64,000 bases of DNA, taken from an uncultured Rhodospirillaceae bacterium. GTDB taxonomy: Bacteria > Pseudomonadota > Alphaproteobacteria > UBA7887. The stretch spans positions 3,353-67,352 of the forward strand of contig CAZSYW010000001.1 of the NCBI GenBank assembly GCA_964611315.1, read 5' to 3'. Below the pieces are notes generated by a model. That model was not told the DNA's origin, ran no database searches, and saw only the letters and a list, made by a program, of their open reading frames with translations. The position numbers and the translations under genes are program-made. Position 1 is the first letter of the stretch. Each line of letters opens with the position of its first letter. This document shows, in pieces, positions 57,506 through 64,000 of this stretch.

Positions 57506-58788
57506 CCGTTAACCTTTCGATCTATCAGCTCTAGCCAATCCCTCGGACTGACCGGTTCTCCTTCGAGACGAACCTCAACGTACAGTACCGCGCCCTGACG
57601 CTCTTCGTCACCCATCACACCGACAGGTTCACCTGCACTCACCCAATCCCCGATCCTACTAAAGATACGGGAAAAACCTCCAAGCAGACTATGATATCCC
57701 CCGGTGTGTTCGATTATCAAGAGTCGACCGTACGTGCGAAAATTCCCTGAAAAAACGATTTGCCCCTCCATGGGAGCAACAACATATGCGCCACCCCCAG
57801 CTTGAACAAGTATACCTTGGCTGTATGTCCCGTTTTCAAGTCGTTCACCAAAATCTCGAATTATGGGCCCCTCAGTCGGGTAAGGCAGGCTATTTTGGCT
57901 CGGCAAAGTCAGCGCAATATGCGAATCGTTTAGTCGCTGGGTTGCGTCTGGGTTCGTCTGCCGACTTACGGACGGCACCATCGGCTCAAAGCGACTGGCG
58001 CCAGCGGTTTTGAGCGTTGCAACCAACTCTTCCAAGTCTTCAGCTTTAGAAGCAAGAGACGCCACTTCTTCTGCCGCATTTTTTCGGTCTGAAAAAAGAG
58101 CCGCCTGCAAACTCGATTTACGGCGCAAAACACGTTCTAACTTTGCTTGCTCCACCTCAAGGTCTTCCTTTGCATCAGTCAGGTCAAGTTGCCGACGACG
58201 ATGTTTCACGCTAACCGCCTTTGACTCGGAAAGTGTGCGCGCAATTTTTGCCATGTCCGCACTCAAAACCGATAAAAACGATGAGAGCACGACCACCCTC
58301 AGGTGCAATTGGGATTTTTGACTAGGCGCGAGCAGTAGAGCCTCGGGTGGATTCTTGGGCAGCCGGGCAAGGACCCCAACGGCTGCACTTAAATGGTCAC
58401 GATTTTGCATCAATGTCTGAAGAGCCAACTCACGCGAGGCCTCTAGCCCCTCCAACTCTACCTCAACAGCACTGATCACTTCGTTGCGAGTCCGAATATC
58501 TTCGGAAATTATTACTATTCGTTCCGACAGGCTCGCTATCTCCCTAGCTAATTCTATTGACAGGGAATCTAGTCCACTTTCTCGGTTGCGTTCGATATCA
58601 AGTTGTCGGCTAAGAACCTCTAGCTCAGCCTCTGGGTCCGGGCCTAAATACTCATCAGCATCAGTTCGGGCACCCGTCAACACCCACAAAAGTAATAGCA
58701 TGACGCACGCATGGGTGATCACGTCAAGTCGAGTTCCTTCTGGTTTCACAACTTTCTCCAGGGAAAAATCCTGTCGGAAACAGAACAT
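57502..58788 (-). CDS. coiled-coil M23/LytM-domain murein hydrolase activator (EnvC-like)
   Basis: Long coiled-coil region plus a C-terminal LytM domain (GILVQAGGGAYVVAPMEG...IIEHTGGYHSLL). The stop overlaps the ctpA start. The start is uncertain: 58788 overlaps gpmI by 65 nt, and the alternative ATG 58701 gives a signal-like MLLLLWVL. Confidence 0.75.
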   Translation of the reverse strand: MFCFRQDFSLEKVVKPEGTRLDVITHACVMLLLLWVLTGARTDADEYLGPDPEAELEVLSRQLDIERNRESGLDSLSIELAREIASLSERIVIISEDIRTRNEVISAVEVELEGLEASRELALQTLMQNRDHLSAAVGVLARLPKNPPEALLLAPSQKSQLHLRVVVLSSFLSVLSADMAKIARTLSESKAVSVKHRRRQLDLTDAKEDLEVEQAKLERVLRRKSSLQAALFSDRKNAAEEVASLASKAEDLEELVATLKTAGASRFEPMVPSVSRQTNPDATQRLNDSHIALTLPSQNSLPYPTEGPIIRDFGERLENGTYSQGILVQAGGGAYVVAPMEGQIVFSGNFRTYGRLLIIEHTGGYHSLLGGFSRIFSRIGDWVSAGEPVGVMGDEERQGAVLYVEVRLEGEPVSPRDWLELIDRKVNG

Positions 58789-60301
58789 TCCCCGTCATGG
58801 AATCGGGTATGGACAATCCCATCAAAGCTAAAACGGTCGGCGCTACATCCGATAGCCGACCAGCAGAAAGTTCGTGCTGCCCGGTTCCAATCGCCACCAA
58901 CGGAACTGGATTCAGAGTATGGGCGGTGTGAGGCTCACCCGCCTGCAAACCCGACATTTGTTCTACGTTGCCATGATCAGACGTGATTAGCATAGCCCCC
59001 TCCTCGGCCTCAATCGCCTCGGCAACAGAGCCTAAACACTCATCCACTGCCTCTACCGCTTTGATCGCCGCACCAATATTCCCAGAGTGACCCACCATAT
59101 CAGTGTTCGCAAAATTAGCGACGATCAAACCAAACCGATTGCTCTTAATCTCACGAATTAATTTTTCGGTTAACTCATAAGCCGACATCTGTGGCCGCAG
59201 ATCATACGTTGCAACCCGAGGCGAGGGAACCAAAATACGCTCCTCCCCAGGGTAGACTGTCTCACGGCCACCATTCAGAAAAAAGGTAACATGGGCGTAT
59301 TTCTCTGTTTCGGCAATCCGAAGCTGACGGATCCCGGCATTGGCAACAACCTCACCAAGCGTATCGGTCAATTCTGTCGGCGGAAACATCGTTTCTATGA
59401 GTCCCGAGAAACGCTCGGAATAATTGGTCAGCCCAAGGGTCGCCGCAAACTGGATCCTCTTGCCGCACGGGAAACCATTAAAATCCGGGTCGACCAATGC
59501 CCCCAATAACTGGCGAACACGATCCGCCCTAAAATTGGCAATTAACAGGCCATCACCATCCTTCATACCCTCGTACCCGTTCAAAGCTGCGGGCAGCATG
59601 AATTCATCGCCAACATTTTGCGTGTAGTTCCGTTCGATTGCTTCTTGAACCGTTGAAGCCCGCTCACAGTCTCCAAACATCAAAGCCCGAAATGCTCGCT
59701 CGACCCGATCCCATCTTTGATCACGATCCATGCCGTAATATCGTCCCGACACTGAAACAATACGAATGTCACCGGCTTCGCCTGTAGCAGACTCAAAATC
59801 ACGGATAAATTTCAATCCGCTCCGTGGCGGCGTGTCCCTTCCATCGAGAAACGCATGCACCCTTACGGGGACCGACGCCGCTGCCAGTATCTGTGCTATA
59901 GAGATGATGTGGTTTTGATGAGAATGCACGCCACCCGGAGACATCAGACCGATTAGATGACAGAATCCGCCGCTGTTGGAGAGTCGGGAAATCAGCTCTT
60001 CTAGACACGGAAGGTTTGCTAGCTCACCATCAGCCACTGCCCTGTCGATTCTCGGCAAATCCTGCAAAACAACTCGGCCCGCACCGATGTTCATGTGGCC
60101 CACCTCAGAATTCCCCATTTGACCGGCGGGCAGGCCAACATGATCTGCAGACGCGTCTAGCAGCGCATGAGGACAACGGGTGAGGAAACCGTCCCAATTC
60201 GGAGTAGTCGCAAGCGTTATCGCGTTGGATGACGCATCCTCACGCCATCCCCACCCGTCTAGGATACAAAGTAGAACAGGACGATATGATCTCGCTGTCA
60301 T
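58724..60301 (-). CDS. gpmI: 2,3-bisphosphoglycerate-independent phosphoglycerate mutase
   Basis: 525 aa with ILDGWG, MGNSEVGH and SDHGN motifs. Confidence 0.92.
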   Translation of the reverse strand: MTARSYRPVLLCILDGWGWREDASSNAITLATTPNWDGFLTRCPHALLDASADHVGLPAGQMGNSEVGHMNIGAGRVVLQDLPRIDRAVADGELANLPCLEELISRLSNSGGFCHLIGLMSPGGVHSHQNHIISIAQILAAASVPVRVHAFLDGRDTPPRSGLKFIRDFESATGEAGDIRIVSVSGRYYGMDRDQRWDRVERAFRALMFGDCERASTVQEAIERNYTQNVGDEFMLPAALNGYEGMKDGDGLLIANFRADRVRQLLGALVDPDFNGFPCGKRIQFAATLGLTNYSERFSGLIETMFPPTELTDTLGEVVANAGIRQLRIAETEKYAHVTFFLNGGRETVYPGEERILVPSPRVATYDLRPQMSAYELTEKLIREIKSNRFGLIVANFANTDMVGHSGNIGAAIKAVEAVDECLGSVAEAIEAEEGAMLITSDHGNVEQMSGLQAGEPHTAHTLNPVPLVAIGTGQHELSAGRLSDVAPTVLALMGLSIPDSMTGNVLFPTGFFPGESCETRRNST

Positions 60302-60353
60302 ACTATCCAGAGAGTGACGATCAAGTGTCCGACCAAAATAAAAATTTTATATC

Positions 60354-60725
60354 TCAATGCGTTACTTGCTCTGGTATCGGAACCGCCCACATTTTTTCTA
60401 AATTATAGAACTCCCGTACCTCGGGCCGGAACAGATGCACAATGACTTCACCTAGGTCTAGCAATACCCAATCTGCTTGCCGGCGGCCCTCAACTCCTAA
60501 CGCAGCCACCCCCGCCTTCTTTAGCCGCTCAATCGTCCGATCCGCTAGTGATCCAACATGACGGTGGGAACGGCCACTTGCGACAATCATATGATCAGCG
60601 ATAGACGACTTGCCAGCAAGGTCCACCACCGAAATGTCCTCGGCTTTGTACTCTTCAAGCGTCGCTGCTATCATTTCGCGTAGTTCCGCAGAAGCCTCCA
60701 CATTTTCAAGTCCTGGAATTGACAT
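60354..60725 (-). CDS. rsfS: ribosome silencing factor
   Basis: KAEDISVVDLAGKSSIADHMIVASGRSHRHV and YNLEKMW are RsfS-typical. The track ORF (to 60974) overlaps nadD. The start is set at ATG 60725, but its SD spacing is poor. Confidence 0.8.
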   Translation of the reverse strand: MSIPGLENVEASAELREMIAATLEEYKAEDISVVDLAGKSSIADHMIVASGRSHRHVGSLADRTIERLKKAGVAALGVEGRRQADWVLLDLGEVIVHLFRPEVREFYNLEKMWAVPIPEQVTH

Positions 60726-60774
60726 CCTCCCCTGTTTTGATCTCGATGGATTCTCACTGGCCCCGGCAAACCAA

Positions 60775-61377
60775 TTAACATCGCCACATCCCTTGATGGC
60801 GCAAACGCGTCCCTGATTCCGGATGCAGCCGCGATCGCACAAAGACCCAAGTTGGTGACTTGCTATAGCCCAAACGGGCCGCCATCCTAGACGGGAGACG
60901 CGATCTCGCGAAGAACCTTCCTGCCTCCGATAGCAAAGCCTCGCGAGCATAAGTGGAGCGGTCAAAAACCGCAATGGGCAGCACCCGAAACAACAGGGGC
61001 CATCGCCGCCATTCAGGAATTTGTGTTAAGTTATCGGCGCCCATCAACCATACAAATTTGACGTGCGGCAATACTCTGGTCAAATAGCCGACTGTATCAA
61101 TAGTATAAACTGTTTGAATCTCTCGTTCTAAGTCGCTCACATCGATTCTACTACTATCCCTCGCGATCAAATGAGCGTGAGAAAGTCGCGCCTGTAACGA
61201 TGCCATACCACTTTTTTTCTTAAGCGGATTGCCCGGTGATACCAACCACCATACCCTATCTAGGCCCAATCGGCGGAGGGCTGCCTGGCTGATATATAGG
61301 TGCCCATCGTGCGCAGGGTTAAACGAGCCGCCAAGAAGGCCTATTCTCGCGCGACGGCGCGGCAAACGCGCCAGCAA
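60775..61377 (-). CDS. nadD: nicotinate-nucleotide adenylyltransferase
   Basis: 200 aa with GLLGGSFNPAHDGH (the (H/T)xGH motif). Confidence 0.9.
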   Translation of the reverse strand: MLARLPRRRARIGLLGGSFNPAHDGHLYISQAALRRLGLDRVWWLVSPGNPLKKKSGMASLQARLSHAHLIARDSSRIDVSDLEREIQTVYTIDTVGYLTRVLPHVKFVWLMGADNLTQIPEWRRWPLLFRVLPIAVFDRSTYAREALLSEAGRFFARSRLPSRMAARLGYSKSPTWVFVRSRLHPESGTRLRHQGMWRC

Positions 61378-61391
61378 TCGAATGAACTCGC

Positions 61392-62675
61392 TCAGGGTCG
61401 AACCTGTCCCTGCCCGCGGACAAGGTATTTATAGCTTGTCAATTGTTCCACCCCCACCGGACCACGGGCATGTAGTTTTCCGGTAGAAATCCCTATCTCA
61501 GCCCCCATCCCAAACTCCCCGCCATCAGCGAACTGTGTCGAGGCATTGTGAAGCACAATTCCGCTGTCGACTTGGCTAAGGAACGCGGCAGCGGCTGCAT
61601 CATCCTCCGCAACGATGCTGTCAGTATGATTTGACCCATATTGGTCTACGTGCGCGATCGCCTGTTCAATATTCTCCACGACACGAACAGAAATTATCGG
61701 AGCCAAATACTCAGTTCCCCAATCTTCTTCAGTCGCCGGCACAACACGCGCGTCCACATCCTGGGTAATAGTGTCACCACGAATTTCACAGCCTTCTGTA
61801 ACCAAGCCCTCAATTACATGTGGTAGAATCGTAGGCACAACATCCTTATGAATCAAAAGAGATTCTGCCGCCCCACATATGCCCGTCCGCCTCATCTTTG
61901 CGTTAACGGTAATACCCACTGCCTTATGGAGATCTGCCGACTTATCTACATAAACATGACAAATGCCATCGAGGTGCTTGAACACCGGAATCCGACTTTG
62001 TTCAGCAACCAGCTCGGTCAACGATCGCCCCCCTCGTGGAATAATTAAATCAATGTAGTCAGTCATGGTAAGCATTTCGGCGACTGCCGCGCGGTCCCGA
62101 GTCGGAACAAGCTGTACACTGAACTCAGGCAACCCTGCTTCTTTGAGGCCACGAGTCAAACAATCAGCAATCGCACGGGAAGAATTGTAACTTTCTGACC
62201 CACCACGAAGTATTGCTGCATTTCCAGATTTAATGCAGAGACTCCCGGCATCGGCTGTCACGTTGGGGCGTGACTCGTAGATAACGCCAATCACTCCCAA
62301 CGGCACCCGGACGCGAGTAATGTGAAGCCCATTAGGACGCACCCAATCTCCGATTACCTCGCCTACAGGGTCTGGTAACGCCGCAACGTCATCAAGACCA
62401 CAAGCGATCGTCTCTATTCGACCTAAATCCAGATGCAGACGATCCAGAAACGCATCGGGAACACGACTAGTTTTCGCCGCGATCATATCCTTTTCGTTCG
62501 CTTTGAGTATTTCCCCAGAATTGGCCCTGATAGCTCTGGCAGCTCCACATATCGCAGTAATTTTAGCTTCGTCTGTAGCACGCGACAGGTCCCCAGCAGC
62601 GCCACGTGCCCTCGCACCAACCTCTTCCATAATCCGCTGAACCTCTTGATCCTTTGCGCGCGTGAGGTCACTCAT
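61392..62675 (-). CDS. proA: glutamate-5-semialdehyde dehydrogenase
   Basis: 427 aa aldehyde-dehydrogenase-fold protein ([34 protein letters not shown]). It overlaps proB by 4 nt. Confidence 0.92.
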   Translation of the reverse strand: MSDLTRAKDQEVQRIMEEVGARARGAAGDLSRATDEAKITAICGAARAIRANSGEILKANEKDMIAAKTSRVPDAFLDRLHLDLGRIETIACGLDDVAALPDPVGEVIGDWVRPNGLHITRVRVPLGVIGVIYESRPNVTADAGSLCIKSGNAAILRGGSESYNSSRAIADCLTRGLKEAGLPEFSVQLVPTRDRAAVAEMLTMTDYIDLIIPRGGRSLTELVAEQSRIPVFKHLDGICHVYVDKSADLHKAVGITVNAKMRRTGICGAAESLLIHKDVVPTILPHVIEGLVTEGCEIRGDTITQDVDARVVPATEEDWGTEYLAPIISVRVVENIEQAIAHVDQYGSNHTDSIVAEDDAAAAAFLSQVDSGIVLHNASTQFADGGEFGMGAEIGISTGKLHARGPVGVEQLTSYKYLVRGQGQVRP

Positions 62676-63826
62676 GTTTCGTCTCCAACATCCGCCCCCG
62701 ACAAAGCTAAATCGTCGCGATGGATTACCTCCTCACGTCCACGGTATCCCAGTATCTTTGCGATTTCACCGCTTTTATGGCCGAGAATACGCCGAGCATC
62801 GATCGCCGAATATGCGCTGATGCCCACCGCAATTTCCCTACCGCAATCATCCGTTATAACTACTGCATCACCACGTTCAAAATTACCGTGAACGGACAAA
62901 ACCCCAGGAGGCAGAAGGCTCTTTCCTCCCAGTAAAGCAGTCCTGGCACCCTTATCGACAGTTAAGCGACCAACAGGCTTAAGGTTGCTCATTATCCAAT
63001 TTTTCCTGGCGGTCATCGGAGTTCGTGACGCAACAAACCAGGTGCATGGCACATTTTCTCCAAGGGATGTCACGGGGCGTTCCGAATTACCCGCCGCAAT
63101 CACTACGTGACACCCAGCAGCAACCGCAATCTTCGCGGCTTCCACCTTGGTGGTCATCCCACCGGAACCAATATCGGACCGGCTAGCACCCGCCATTTTT
63201 TCAATTTCGAGCGTAATCTCCTGCAACGTCCCAAGGCGATCCGCCCCAGAATCAATATTTGGGTCGGAAGTATAGAGACCATCAATATCGCTTAGCAAAA
63301 CCAACAGATTAGCACTAGCCATTTCTGCCACTCGCGCCGCAAGACGGTCGTTATCACCAAACCGAATTTCCTCTGTTGCCACGGTATCGTTTTCGTTCAC
63401 CAGCGGCACGACCCCTAACCGCAGGAGAGTCTCCATGGTGTTGCGAGCATTCAGGTAACGACGACGTTGTTCAGTATCGCCAATTGTTAGTAACAACTGG
63501 GCGACACTTAGCCCATGGGTTCGTAACACCTGTTGGTAAACATAGGACAAACGAATCTGGCCCACAGCAGCAGCCGCTTGTTTTTCCTCCAATTTTAATA
63601 TGCGGCGGCGCATTCCCAAGTGCCCTCTGCCAACTGCGATAGCTCCAGATGACACCAATACGACCTCATGCCCATCGGATCGAAGAGCAGCAACATCTCT
63701 TCCGAAACCTTCTAACCATTCCTGCCGGACAGCCCCCTCACTACCATCCGTGAGTAGGCTCGAACCAATTTTGATTACAATCCGCCGAAATTCTTTCGGA
63801 TCCAAACGTTTGCTCATGGTTCCCAC
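62672..63826 (-). CDS. proB: glutamate 5-kinase (with PUA domain)
   Basis: 384 aa with an amino-acid kinase N-terminal part ([20 protein letters not shown]) and a C-terminal PUA-like part. Confidence 0.92.
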   Translation of the reverse strand: MGTMSKRLDPKEFRRIVIKIGSSLLTDGSEGAVRQEWLEGFGRDVAALRSDGHEVVLVSSGAIAVGRGHLGMRRRILKLEEKQAAAAVGQIRLSYVYQQVLRTHGLSVAQLLLTIGDTEQRRRYLNARNTMETLLRLGVVPLVNENDTVATEEIRFGDNDRLAARVAEMASANLLVLLSDIDGLYTSDPNIDSGADRLGTLQEITLEIEKMAGASRSDIGSGGMTTKVEAAKIAVAAGCHVVIAAGNSERPVTSLGENVPCTWFVASRTPMTARKNWIMSNLKPVGRLTVDKGARTALLGGKSLLPPGVLSVHGNFERGDAVVITDDCGREIAVGISAYSAIDARRILGHKSGEIAKILGYRGREEVIHRDDLALSGADVGDET

Positions 63827-64000
63827 GATGTCCTAACTGGCCGATTTGCCAGGGTTTGAGCATCACGAATCCTATTATACACGTGCCGCATCAGACCCGT
63901 GACTCCAAACCCCGTGGCGGCAGAAATGATACGAACTGGAGAAGAAGTTGCCGCGCTCAAACTGTTCCGTTTTTCATCAACCAGGTCAGATCCCATGGCG
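63814..64000 (-). CDS. obgE: GTPase Obg/CgtA, C-terminal end (N-terminus outside window)
   Basis: The open frame runs to the window edge. The tail ...IISAATGFGVTGLMRHVYNRI resembles an Obg C-terminus. The obg-proB synteny and the 13-nt overlap with the proB start support it. Confidence 0.7.
   Translation of the reverse strand, partial: AMGSDLVDEKRNSLSAATSSPVRIISAATGFGVTGLMRHVYNRIRDAQTLANRPVRTSWEP

Noticed and set aside
60302-60353. Absence of rlmH after rsfS, with gpmI following directly. From memory, many alphaproteobacteria have rsfS-rlmH.
   Set aside because: The 52-nt gap shows no gene remnant. rlmH may simply be elsewhere in the genome. This cannot be evaluated from one window and is not unusual enough to flag.
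1-64000. Search by eye for tRNA/rRNA genes, CRISPR repeats, IS elements, integrases, toxin-antitoxin pairs or defence-system genes.
   Set aside because: None was seen. All intergenic gaps are under 270 nt and lack T-loop or anticodon-arm-like features. No regularly spaced repeats or transposase-like ORFs are present. A computational scan (tRNAscan-SE, Infernal, ISEScan, DefenseFinder) is still needed to be certain.

Overview
Gene-dense window (about 60 protein genes, short intergenic gaps). It looks like a chromosomal core region of an alphaproteobacterium. The taxon call is inferred from synteny only: obg-proB-proA-nadD-rsfS, ribF-ileS-lspA-DUF3035, lgt-MTase-pgeF, and MoxR-DUF58 divergent from DUF1285-NudL-cca. 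By eye I found no rRNA, tRNA, CRISPR array, IS or transposase, integrase or phage genes. The left part (1-28 kb) and right end (55-64 kb) are housekeeping: mutL, pgi, ileS, ribF, cca, lgt, hldD, proC, rppH, ctpA, gpmI, nadD, proAB, obg. The middle (28-55 kb) is more accessory. It holds an OmpR/EnvZ-type two-component pair beside a DUF1800/DUF1501 pair, and a CoA-thioester cluster (ACAD, CaiB-family transferase, two crotonases) with a betaine-type ABC importer. It also holds a proline-racemase-family enzyme, adenosine deaminase, an orphan fused E1 alpha/beta TPP enzyme, a lactonase-like MBL, NIPSNAP and a split YeeE/YedE pair. I see no clear-cut defence island or mobile element. The best candidates for undescribed biology are conserved operons of unknown function: the MoxR/DUF58/giant-membrane-protein operon, the DUF1800/DUF1501 pair, and a Fur-box-controlled imelysin/di-haem pair. 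Further candidates are a 31-aa membrane ORF coupled to a stand-alone urate-oxidase-N-like membrane protein, and the orphan E1 alpha/beta fusion with a hairpin-rich leader. All family assignments rest on motifs read in the translated ORFs. No database search was run, and start codons are often uncertain.
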